Assembly (NCBI GenBank): GCA_965240325.2
Contig: OZ251243.1
Coordinates: 868,001 to 932,000 of the forward strand
Source of the DNA: Rebecca billardiae RCC1528
Lineage: Eukaryota; Protista; Haptophyta
Direction: 5' to 3'
DNA: 64,000 nucleotides
Position 1 is the stretch's first letter. Every line of letters begins with the position of its first letter. This document shows positions 45,901 through 55,764 of the stretch, piece after piece. Below the pieces are notes generated by a model, which saw only the letters and a program-made list of their open reading frames with translations, had not been told where the DNA came from and did no database searches. A program made the position numbers and the translations under genes.

Positions 45901-46041
45901 GGGAGACTGAGCGTGGATCCGCGGAGCATCGGCGCCCGGCCAGTGCCGCCGCCGCTGCCGCAGTCGCGCGCGCCGAGCCCCCCGCCGAAGACGCGTCGGC
46001 CTCGCCGGAAATCCGGTGGCATCGGCCGCGCACCAAGCTGA
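42952..46041 (+). CDS. Large membrane-anchored protein with a C-terminal sulfotransferase-4-like domain
   Basis: Hydrophobic N-terminus; VIGIGHGTTGTRAL, DSPFPQLVPEIL..PDSLFVHTLR..W; N-terminal ~700 aa not assigned. Confidence 0.6.
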   Translation: MAACNTGSLADGGRRLPLVLRSSVLLLYATAAGCDAPRAATPVRVCVSRSAPELDFFFRPHDEASPLPLARQARASVFGSGSVSYVALTDARRRRGPRGEGDACDVVLRFRSGAGGDGADAATDVPRSWRARTVTVHGPGRRAGTLRAATDACDVHEARATLRWPSALAPPAAGRNTTARPRRWRRQRQLQGERSDQTATGMQQAPSQTRARARKTEKKRPFVARCVSAEGEELKGPWLCPTLPPSADRSQPPVPIPLGPAGSGPRPLGAADAIALSPAERRCVFVVAPLGAAHAGSGGESARAAEIAAEIATSRAEQLAAEIARGGLLGCEQSAPRRRRPRSEPGGGRRAPAGAPPRQLPGCERADADLLAARSPQRADARACSIAQAAFTVLDVSARSQPASEPSGTPRRRSRHADAADAAADDVEPVIWAAAEAASLLVLITGNDDEHADADDGARASATSLRAVRSARPDGSSPAASGATTSAAERRARGSRGSAAARVASCVAQPLNASHPLPLLRVPTAAAARAAMRELLLSPDVARARAHAARGWYNSQLSEVASRAEPLLRWAAEQPACTVATPASDSPRPARSAADASAATARDAWPVAGSAVPAVTLVEGSSACADGLQWDARSLAARRALLRRAASGGPNLLPKARATVIGIGHGTTGTRALQSGMCSAEVTALHWGSHCGRFSVGANAANAKLSKLWKTLIQCVHCAEETPATHAFDHSPWMDPTRLRQCVTLQRNAECAAAPWYERAQSALKELLAAAAKEGEYGLVLGDSPFPQLVPEILRLAPDSLFVHTLRAREPWAQKRARLHSNEVICRDAPRGSAAAGGAGVAGAEEPRARGESASLFIGECVRALPPGAHLADAVGVATRQVHGALLEAALGHAELGHAFAEFNTAVQALMARTAEERGGVRYWQLCPFDETSLIPHGFWNRERALPPPIALGNSSAEHAQQLSVYDGGCSYERTVAEMSGRMGRLSVDPRSIGARPVPPPLPQSRAPSPPPKTRRPRRKSGGIGRAPS

Positions 46042-46390
46042 AGCTGCTGGCCCGGCAGCTTCTGACTGAGACCGAGTGAAGGCGGCGACGCGCGGCGGCC
46101 ACTGGCCAGCAGCAGCGCTCTGCGCTGGCGAGCGCCGCGCGCCCGGGGCGGCAGCAGCAGCGCTGGCAATAAGCCGCCGCGTGGCACTCAGCCTGAGCCG
46201 GAACGACCGGGCTGAAATTCGATAGCACGACTAGGCGCACTATGACTAGCGGACTCATCAGAGCCAACTGCGAGTCAGCCGAGTGCGACTCGGTCTGTCG
46301 GACTCGGGCCGTCCGACTCGCCACTCGGGCACCGTTGACCGTAATCCGTAATCCGTATGACTGAATTGACTGATGACGACGATGTCGATG

Positions 46391-48398
46391 ATATATGATC
46401 GGCTACGCCGATCTTCGGGTAGTGAACAACGAAGTTGATGGCGCACGGCCCTGGTAGCCGTAGTTGTCGCGTTCTTCACCGAATCACTGTGAATTTATCA
46501 CTACGATGCGCGCGCCCGGCGCCGTCGCCGTGCAGGAGGCGCGGGCGCGAGTAATCCGGACTCGATCGACGGCCTCGGGGGGCTGGGCCGTGTCGAACTC
46601 GACGCGCAGCAGCCGCAGCGCCTCCGCCCGGTGCGCTTCGGGCAGCCCTGCTGTGGCCGCGCGCAGCGCTGAGGAGATCGCGCTCGGCAGCCCGTCCGTC
46701 AGCCTCGCACAGCCTCGCGCGCCGGCGGGATCGGCGCAGCGTCGGACAAGCTCGCGCAGCTCGTCGTCGGCGTCGGCGGGGAAGAGCGTCGCGAGCAGCC
46801 GCGGCTCGAGCCTGTCTACGATGTCCCGCAGCCGCAGCAGCCGCTCCTTGCACGCCCTCGGCGTCTTCCCCTCGAATGCGGGCCACGCGCGCTGCGAGGT
46901 CGCGTGCAGCAGCGCATACTGCGACTGCAGCAGGCCAATGTCCCGCGGCTCGAGCCTGTCTACGATGTCCCGCAGCCGCAGCAGCCGCTCCTTGCACGCC
47001 CTCGGCGTCTTCCCCTCGAATGCGGGCCACGCGCGCTGCGAGGTCGCGTGCAGCACGTGCGCCGATACTGCGACTGCAGCAGGCCAATGTCCCGTGATCG
47101 ATCGTCCACGACGAGTCGTTCTGCGTGTAGAAGCGCAGGACGCGCTGGTCGTGCATGGTGCGCAGCGCGGTGTGCAAGCGCGCGAACGCGCGCTCGGGCG
47201 AGTCCTCCAGCAAGAGCTCGTCCTGCGGCTCGGTGCCCGGCTGCCGCTCTCCCTGCCTGCGCGCCGCCGCACGCCGCGCGGACAGACAGCGTCGCCATCA
47301 CAGCCGGTGGGTAACGAGGCTGAGCAGTGGTAGCCAGGCGAAGCATCGTCGCGGGCGAAGCTGCGCTGGGTGATGCAGCTCGGGTCGGTGGGCAAGTCGC
47401 ACCCCGCCGTCGGTCGCCTCCACGCCCCAGGCTCGCTCGAGGTCGAGTCACCTGCGCGGCGCGGCAGTCCGATGGCCGTGTTCGTGAACGTACTTCGTCG
47501 GCGGGCGCCGACGCCGCGGGCCGGGCGGGGTGTACACTTTGGGCCGAAGACGCATGGCAGGGCGGGGCGCGTGGGGTGAGCGAGGCACGAATGCGATGCC
47601 GACGGCTGTTGGGACCCGCCGCAGCTGCAGTGCGCGCACCTGCGCTGAGTCGCGCGCACCGGCACGCAAAACGAGAGCCTTTTCGGCTTTGAGCCTCCGA
47701 TCGCCCTCGGTCGCTCGGCGTGTGCCGGGGCCGCCAAATAACGCTTACGGGTAAGATTCCCTCATTTGGTCATATCACTTAGTCGGCCACGCCCGCACGG
47801 GCGCATATATTCTGGTCGAAGCGAACCGCCGTTTTTGTAAGTTTGTATAATTATAAGTTAATCTCATAAATGGTACGGCGAAACGGTGCGAAAACGCGTG
47901 CCTAGGCGTTTTTGATTAGGCGAAGATCTGGCAGGGTTCATTTCGCGGGTACCAATAGACAAACGAGCCGCGATGACGAACGTCGTGCCATAATACGTTG
48001 ATACTGAAACGTTGTTTTTGCTGAAGTGTGGTTCTCTTCAGAGGAGAAGGATAATAGGAGACGATACTTTACTCTTTGAATTGGAATCAGCAAACCAAAA
48101 GTGTATATCAGCAGGAGAATCACGAACGGCCCACCATAATTATCAGAAAGATGCAGACGCGCCTTTGTCCTATTCGAGTTCGATTTCTTCTATTACTTAC
48201 TATCCAAGGATTAAGGAGCAGTACAAACGCAATCATGAGCAGCGATATCGAGTCAAATGCGGATTTCACACCTAAATCCACCTACAAAAATCCCCCAAAT
48301 CCTGCGCGCATCCTCTTTTTTGATTTTGCGGAGCACGTGCGCCGCCCCCCCCGGCTTTCGCTCACGCTCAGACCTTTCGGGGGGGCCGTGCGCCATGA
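46391..48398 (-). mobile_element. Non-autonomous Helentron/Helitron2-like element, copy B
   Basis: 48281-48398 is the reverse complement of the 5' end of copy A; 46391-46451 is the reverse complement of its subTIR+hairpin end; the interior is unrelated to copy A. Confidence 0.75.
46484..47260 (-). pseudogene. Gene fragment inside element B with an internal ~144-bp duplication
   Basis: Frameshifted protein-like reading (LLHATSQRAWPAFEGKTPRACKERLLRLRDIVDRLEPR twice; 46800-46943 and 46944-47093). Confidence 0.5.
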
Positions 48399-48637
48399 TA
48401 TATGAGGATTGATGACGAATCGTCGTGAGGCTACGCTGCGGGCTGAGAGCCGTGCTGAGAGGCGATGTGGCTCAGTGGCTGCCACGGCAGTGACCAGTCC
48501 GCAGTCGCACCGAACGTGAGCTTGGCGGTGCACGCGACGTTATACCACTGTGAGTGACCCGCCCACCCCGGCGACTGGCGAGGGCCCTGCCGGCCTGCGT
48601 GAAAGTGCTGTGCTCTATCTGGACAGGCGATTCCTAA

Positions 48638-49159
48638 CTACTCGAGCGTGATGAGCGGCTTCAAGCGCTCGCCCTTCTTGATCGGAGCCTTGCCCTGCGA
48701 CTGCGCCACGCGCTTGGCGGATCCGTCCTTCGCCATGACGTCCAGCGTGGCGAGGATGTAGACGTCGTCGCCGAGTGTGTTCTCTACGTTGACGCCCTCG
48801 TTCAGCTCGGCTGTGGTGATGGTGAAGGGCGACGGGAAGGCGCTCGCCTTCGCCTCGATCGTTTTGGTCGCGACAATGCCCTTCCCGATGCGCCGAGCGA
48901 TGATCTCGACCTTAACAGGCCGATCTTCCAGCACCTTGCCCAGCTCGCCGAGCGTGATCTGCCCCTCCACGACCACAGCGTCGGCAGCCGCGCGAGCTGG
49001 GAGCTGCACGGCCGGCAAGAGCACGAGGGCACTCGCGCGCAGCGCGTCTCGGCGCACGAGCCCGCGCGCGTGTGGTTGGCTGGGCCCGAGCGCTAGGCTC
49101 GTCGCGCGCAGCGGCAGGGCCGCCGCCGCGAGTGCGACAGCAAGAGTTGTGCGCAGCAT
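48638..49159 (-). CDS. Putative thylakoid-lumen protein, small beta-sandwich (CcmI C-terminal/YbaY-like)
   Basis: Signal peptide, then twin-Arg RRDAL + hydrophobic stretch + ARA cleavage site; VEGQITL...FPSPFTI...VYILATLD. Confidence 0.65.
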   Translation of the reverse strand: MLRTTLAVALAAAALPLRATSLALGPSQPHARGLVRRDALRASALVLLPAVQLPARAAADAVVVEGQITLGELGKVLEDRPVKVEIIARRIGKGIVATKTIEAKASAFPSPFTITTAELNEGVNVENTLGDDVYILATLDVMAKDGSAKRVAQSQGKAPIKKGERLKPLITLE

Positions 49160-49450
49160 GCTGGGACGCCGCCTCGCTTGGAGAGTCGGCCGGGTAAAAT
49201 GTCACTCGTAATTATGGCATCGCCGCCATCGTGCGATCATCATCATCCATATCACATCGACACTGTCACTGCATGTCTGTGACACTGACAGACTCGTCGC
49301 ATACCAGGTCTGACTATACATGCGACGAGTCTGTCACAGCATGACAGTGTCGATCCCGGCGGCGCCCCCGGGCGGCGCTGATCCTGTGATCCATGATTCA
49401 GCCCGGCGTCTACATCATAGAAGCCCCTCGGCCACTCGGCGCAGGGGCCC

Positions 49451-51564
49451 TCACTCTCCGCCTGCGCGACCGTCGTCGTCGAGCGCAGGGAGCGTCGCCC
49501 ACATCCTGTGCACGCGGTCCGCGACCACGTCGTGGACGGCGAGCGTCGTCGACGATAGCAGCCACGAGAAGGAATGGCGGCCGCCAGGGACGACGAGCAG
49601 CCCGGTCAGGCGCTCGGCCGCGACATCGCCGTCGGCCGCGGCCGCGGTGCCGCGCGCAGCCTCGCGCGCTTGCGCGCGGGACGCGGCGCGCTGCAGCTCG
49701 ACGATGCGCTCGACGTAATGGCGCGAGCTCTCGATGGGCACGATGGAGTCAAGGTCGCCGTGGACGACGAGCGTCGGTGGCGGCGGCGGCATGCTCGGGG
49801 CAGCTCGCGCGGGGGGCTCGTCGCGTGCCGCGAGGGCGGGCGGCGCGAGGTCGCTCTCAGGTAAGCTGTCGCTCCGCGCGCCGGCCGCGTCCGCCCCCCG
49901 CGCGCGCAGCAGCGGCCGGGTGGCATCCTCCGAGCCCGGCGCGTAGTGGCCGAGTCTGTGTGCGCCGTCAGTGCCGCGCGCGCCGCGCTCATGCGCTGGC
50001 AGCTCGCCGCGTCGCTCGGCGCAGGCATCGGCGAGCTGCAGGAGAGGACATGCCTCGCGCCAGCGCTCGGCTGCATCCGCGCCCGCCACTGCCTGCCTGC
50101 CCTCGCTGCTCCCGCGCGGTGCGCCGCGCGCCGCACCGCGCGTGCGCCCGGCCCCAGAGCCGCCCTCGGCCGGTGCCGCCGCCTCGTGCTCACGGAGCAC
50201 GCACGCGCCAAAGAAGGTGCTGAGCAGCGAGCGCCCGCCGCGCACGGCGCGCAGCGGGCCGCACGCAAGCCAGCGCGGCAGCCCCGCGCGCGGCACCAGC
50301 CACGTGGGCACGGCGAGATGCAATCCCAGCGAGTCTGAAACATCCACCGCCGGGTAGAATGGGACGGAGCCCGCGAGCTGCGGGTACGGGCGGGACAGCG
50401 GGGACGGTTGGCGTGCGTGCTCGGCTCGTGCGCCGGCTGCCGCGACACGCCGCTCGAGCAGGCTGATGAGGTGCCCGCCCGCCGAGGCGCCCATCAAGAG
50501 GACGGGGCTGAGTCGCGAGGTATCGCCATCCGATGGCGCATGCTCTGTGGGCGCCGCCGCCGTCGCCGTGGCAGCCGCAGGCAGCGCTCCTGCCCTCGCA
50601 GGCTCGTCCTCATCGCCGTCGGCGCCCGCCGCGCCGGCCCGTGCTGCCGGCCGCGCGCCGCCGCGAACGCCATACCGCCACGCGTTCGCGCCGACGAACC
50701 TGAGCGCCGCGTCGCAGTCGTCGAGGCAGGCCGGGAACGGTGCCTGCCACGCGAACCGATACGAGACGGAGAAGACGACGCAGCCCTCCGCCGCCAGCCT
50801 GTGCAGCAACGCAGTGTCGGCATGCCAGTACCTGCGGCACAGCCGCAGCGCGCGAGGGGCGGTGCCGGCGCGCACGCGCGCGACGCGGGTGTGCGCGAGT
50901 GAGGCCGGCGCAACAGCCGCACGCACCGCTTCTGCGCGGCTGGGCGCCAGCATCACACCCGACGCGCGCAGCCGCTCGCACCGCTTCGCGCCGGCGCGTG
51001 CGCTCACCTGTGCCCCATGTTCCACGCCCCGCCGTGCGCATACAGCACCGCCGGTCTGTCGGCGGCGGCCGCGGCGTGCTCGGGCGCGTGCCACACGTCG
51101 AGGCGGCAGTGGCGCGACGGGGCGGCGCCAGCCGGGTAGTACTCGACGCCTCGGTCCACGCGCACGCGCGCCGCCGACGCTCGAAGCCGCGGCAGCGAGA
51201 GTGCGAGACCACATGCAGGCGAGATCGGAAAAACGCGCATGCCGAGCGGCAGGGACGGAGGCCACGCGGCGCGCGCGCGGTGCGCGAGTCCCGCCTGCTC
51301 GAGAACGCATCGCGGCGCCCGGCGGTACCGCATCCCAGTCGCCACGTGCGCGGCGCACGCGGCGGCCGCGAGCGCCGCCGAGAGCGCGCCGTCGTGCAAC
51401 TGCAGTGGCAGTTGACCGAGGTGCAGCAGCGCGAGCGAGAGCGGGAACGCGCGAGGGATGCCGAGGAGCGCCTCGTACGCGGGCAGCTGACCGAGCGGGG
51501 GCTTCAGGCGCACGTGCACCAGCACGCCTGCCAGTAGCGAGCCAGCGTTGACGGCCTCAAGCAT
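49451..51564 (-). CDS. HSL-family alpha/beta hydrolase (esterase)
   Basis: HGGAW, SYR, GASAGGHL, HGDLDSIVP, GGRHSF; intron 50832-51007; start codon uncertain. Confidence 0.85.
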
Positions 51565-51743
51565 GCCCTGCCACCTTAGCGCGGGGCCGCGGCCGCCATC
51601 GTCCTAGACCGTGAAGGAGGTGAGCGGGAGCGTTGGCGGAGCCAGCGCGCGGGAGCCAGGTCGAAAGCGGAATCTGCTGGCAATCTGCGCCACCGGTGGT
51701 CACTCATCACGGCGCACCCGGCGCGCTGCGTGGGGCAGGCACG

Positions 51744-53650
51744 ATGCGCAGGCTTGTGCTCGCGCTCGCGCTCGCCTCGGCGGCGGCGCACACGGTGCTG
51801 AGCACAAACACCGCGCCGCTCCCGCCGACGCCGCGCGACGTCGCGCTGCGCCGGATCGCCGCGATGCGGCACGCGTCGACGATGACGCGCACTGATGTCG
51901 AGCCCGACCCGGCGGGCCGCACGTCGGATCAGGACGACGGCGACATCGACTACCCGGGCCCGCTCTCCGCGCCCCAGCGCCTCGCGCGCGCGGCCACCTT
52001 CTGGTCCCGCGCCCTCCCCGTCGTCTTCTCGTACTTGCGGCTGCAGACCGCCTTCAACATTCGCGAGCAGATCTTGGGCCAGTGCCTCGAAGACGAGGAG
52101 TGCGAGGTGCAGTGGGAGCAGACGCACGAGGCGGGCGCGGCGACGCTCAAGGAGGCCATCGAGCTGCTCAAGGGCTTCTACGGTGCGAGCCGCGTGCGCC
52201 GAGCGCGCCGCGGCGCCGTTGGCGCGCGCGCTCGCGCTCACGCGCGCGCACGCGCGCGCGCACCCCTCCTACCGCGCGCGCGACCGCAGTCAAGACGGGC
52301 CAGATCATCGCGGCGCGCGTCGACCTGTTCCCGCGGCAGTACACCGACGCGCTCTCGGGCCTCACCGACTACCTCGACCCGATGCCCGCCTCGCTCGTCC
52401 GGCGCGTGATCGAGCAGGAGCTGCTGAATGAGGGCGAGGCGTTCGCTGACGTGTTCGCTGAGTTTGACGCGGAGCCTCTCGGCGCCGCGTCGATCGCGCA
52501 GGTGCACCGCGCGCGGCTCACGGCGGAGTACGGCGGCGGCGAGGTGGCGGTGAAGGTGCAGCGCCCCGCGATCGAGCCCAAGCTGATGGGCGACATCCAG
52601 AACCTGAAGGCGCTGGCCAAGGGCGTGCGCAACATCAAGTCGGTACCCATCGATTACTATGTCGTCTTCTCCGAGCTCGAGAAGCAGCTCGCCGACGAGT
52701 TCGACTTCGTGAAGGAGGCGGCGGCGATGGAGCGCATCGGCCGCGCGCTCGCGACCGCGTCGGACGGCTCGCCCCGCGCGCCGCCGCTGCGCACGCCGCT
52801 GCCCGTCCCCTCGCTCGTCACGCGGCGCGTGCTGGTGATGGACTACATGGACGGCGTGCCGCTCTCGCGCGCGCGCGCCGAGATGGAGAAGAGAGGCGTC
52901 GACCCGGACGGGCCCGAGTCGAGGCTGTTCGCGCAGAAGCTGCTGCGCGCGCTGACCGACGCGTTCGGCCGCTCGATCCTCGAGACCGGCTTCTTCCACG
53001 CCGACCCGCACGCGGGCAACATCTTCGTGATGGCGGACGGCAGCATCGGGCTGATTGACTTTGGCCAGGTGAAGCAAATCTCGGGCCGATCTCGCGAGAC
53101 GCTGGCCAAGGTGATCCGCGCGCTGGCCGACCGCAAGTCGGACGACGACCCGGCCGAGCTGCGCCGGATCGGCGCGCTCGCGCTCGAGCTCGGCGTCAAG
53201 CTCAAGCCCGACGCGCGGCCCGAGGGCCCGGCCGCCACCGCCATGTGGCTCTTTGACGGCTCGGTCGAGCGGCTGCCGGGCGGGTATGACATGGGCGAGC
53301 TCTCGCCCAACTCGCCGGTCAAGGAGCTCGAGTCGTTCCCGCAGGAGCTCGTGCTGGTCGGCCGCGCGACGGTGCTGATCAAGGGGATCGCGGCGCGGCT
53401 GGGCGTGAAGTGGTCGCTCGCGCAGGAGTGGGCGCCGACCGCACGCCGCGTGCTGGACGAGCGCGGCGGCGCGCGCTCGGCCGGCGACCGGCTGCGCTTC
53501 CGCGCGGTGCTGCGCACGCTCCGCGCGTGGGCGAGTGGCAAGGCGGACGCGACCGCGCGCACGCTGCCTGCGCCCGCGCGCAAGCGCCTCGCCGCGTTCG
53601 CCGTGCGCATGCAGGAGCGGCGTGAACGCCGCCGCAGCCGCCGCCGGTGA
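51744..53650 (+). CDS. ABC1K/UbiB atypical kinase
   Basis: Signal peptide; GFY|VKTGQ across intron 52183-52289; PLGAASIAQVH, VAVKVQRP, DFVKEA, FHADPHAGN, IDFG. Confidence 0.93.
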
Positions 53651-53926
53651 GGCCTGGGACCGCAGGCCGCCTGGACCGCGCCCCACGCGCCCCACCTGTG
53701 ACCTGGCCTGGGAGCCGCTGCGGCGCGTCGTGGTGGCCGCTGCGTCGCAGACTCGGCACAGTGTCAGTCTCCCTGAGGTCTGAGCAGGGGTGAGCCACTC
53801 AGCTGAGGACTGGTTAGTGAGGATAGTCGTCGTCTCTGTGACGATCGTCAGTACTCCGAGTGTCGTAATATATATACATTTAGTCCGCTGTGACGACGCC
53901 GCGGTTCAATGATCAGCTACTAATAT

Positions 53927-54934
53927 TCAGCTACGCGGCACTTCACCGCCACTTGCGCGAGTGCCGACCGGGATCGTCTGCTGACTGCGGCGGGATGACA
54001 CCCGCACCGCCGGCCGCACGCTCTGACAGCTCGCTCTGCTGCCCTTCGCCTCCGCGCCAGCCGATTTGAGCGCCCCGGGGGCCGCACAAATGCGCTGCAT
54101 CCAGCTGGGCCGCCTCGTCACCACCGGCACCACGCGCTTGGACGCGTCGGCGCCATCTGCGGCGCTCCGGCCACCGCGGCCCCGGCTGTCCGCGCCGCTG
54201 GAGCCAATGCTGCTGCTGGTGCTGCCGCTCTCGACACTGCTGCTGCTAGCTCTGCTCGCGCGATCCGTGGGCTTCGGCATGCTCGGGGCACGCAAGCGAC
54301 CGAACACGTTGCCAACGCTCTGCAGCGCGTCCGAGAGCAAGGGGCGCACCAGGCCGTCCTCGCGCTGGGTCACCAGCGGCTGTGCGATGGCGCTCGCCGG
54401 CAGCACGCTGGTGTGCAAGCTCGCCGCGCGCACGAGCAGTGCGAGGGCGCTGTCGAGGCCCATGCGCTCCCACTTCGTCTCGCAGATGATGCGCGCCATG
54501 GCCTGGAACTCCTCCGGGGAGACGTTGAGGCCCGATGTGTCGAGCAGGATGCTGAAAGTCGCGAGCTCTGCACGCCGAAGCGCCGCCGCGTTGAGGATCG
54601 CAGCGTCTGCGACGAGCAGCAGCAGGTTGGCGTAGCTGCGGTCGTTGCAGTACTTGTCGGCGAGGACGACGCACGCGGCAAAGTGCAGCTCCGCGCGCTC
54701 CGCAAAGCGCCTCGCCGCCTCGGTCCGGCCGGAGCCCTCGTCGACGCTCGCGACGTGGCGGCCGAGGTACACACACGCCAGCACGAGCGACTCCGCGTTG
54801 ATTCCAGCGGTCCATCGCATGTCTGTCGTCGGGCCGTCGGGCATGACGGCAGCGACGAGTGCTCGCACGCGCTTCTGCACGCGCGGCGTCAACTCCGCGT
54901 ACGCGGCCCTGCGAGAGATCGTCGGGAGGTGCAT
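53927..54934 (-). CDS. PHO80/P-type cyclin-like protein
   Basis: LVLACVYL, CVVLADKYCNDRSYAN, LRRAEL..LL, LNVSPEEF; start could lie further upstream (ORF open to 55045). Confidence 0.7.
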   Translation of the reverse strand: MHLPTISRRAAYAELTPRVQKRVRALVAAVMPDGPTTDMRWTAGINAESLVLACVYLGRHVASVDEGSGRTEAARRFAERAELHFAACVVLADKYCNDRSYANLLLLVADAAILNAAALRRAELATFSILLDTSGLNVSPEEFQAMARIICETKWERMGLDSALALLVRAASLHTSVLPASAIAQPLVTQREDGLVRPLLSDALQSVGNVFGRLRAPSMPKPTDRASRASSSSVESGSTSSSIGSSGADSRGRGGRSAADGADASKRVVPVVTRRPSWMQRICAAPGALKSAGAEAKGSRASCQSVRPAVRVSSRRSQQTIPVGTRASGGEVPRS

Positions 54935-55523
54935 GGCGGTGTGGTTGACGGCGACTTGGGTGTGATCGTTGGGATTACGCCGTTCCCGCAAACGGCTGAA
55001 CCACAAGGGAACCACGCGAACCATATTCCCCCAGATCATATTCAATATGATGTGAGATTGGGGATGCGAAACAGTGCGAACGTGCGAACTCTACCCCCAT
55101 ATATCTACTTTATCGATATCGGAACTCCCTCTGTTAAACCAAAGGACAACCACGTGCCCCTGGCCAACAACGGCGAGATCATATCGCAAACCACGATCTC
55201 CGGCGCCATTGGCCGTTACCACTATTGGACGCTCCAGACTAGGGATCACATGATTTTGGTGGAGTGGCCTCTATTATTACCAGAACAGCAGAACACCCGC
55301 GGCCCGCTATCCGAACCGTTTGAGAGTCCCAGACGGTCCCACGACCTTCATAAGAATATACCGTATACATACATGTACTATATATATATATACATGTGTC
55401 TGTATCCCATATTATGGGTATTTGGTGACAAAAACAGCGCAATATTAATACTGATTTCAGATTGTCTCGGAGAGGCGCAAAGCCGCAAAGTATAGTCGTA
55501 CCTATGGGCAAGTGCTTGCTACT

Positions 55524-55550
55524 GTGTGCACGTTAAAACATAGTAAACTG
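55524..55550 (-). mobile_element. Solo Tc1/mariner-like TIR
   Basis: Exact reverse complement of 15822-15848, followed by TA. Confidence 0.65.
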
Positions 55551-55629
55551 TATCCACGGGGGTACCAACTGAGCAGGCAAGTTGCAGCTGCCAATGCCTG
55601 GCGCAGGGTGGGTTCTCCCGCGGGCAACG

Positions 55630-55733
55630 ATGCGCCCGCGCCCCGCGCGCCCCGCGCGAGCCGGCGCGGATCGGGCGCGCCCGTTACTGATCGCAGCGGC
55701 CGTCGCCATGATCGTACCGACGGTGGCGGCCGC

Positions 55734-55764
<31 letters not shown>

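Noticed and set aside
15822-55550. A 39.7-kb giant transposon bounded by perfect 27-bp TA-flanked TIRs
   Set aside because: The host repeat resumes immediately after the left TIR (compare 42861-42872), and the interval holds housekeeping genes (VPS29, FCP1-like, GPC1). Solo TIRs explain it better.
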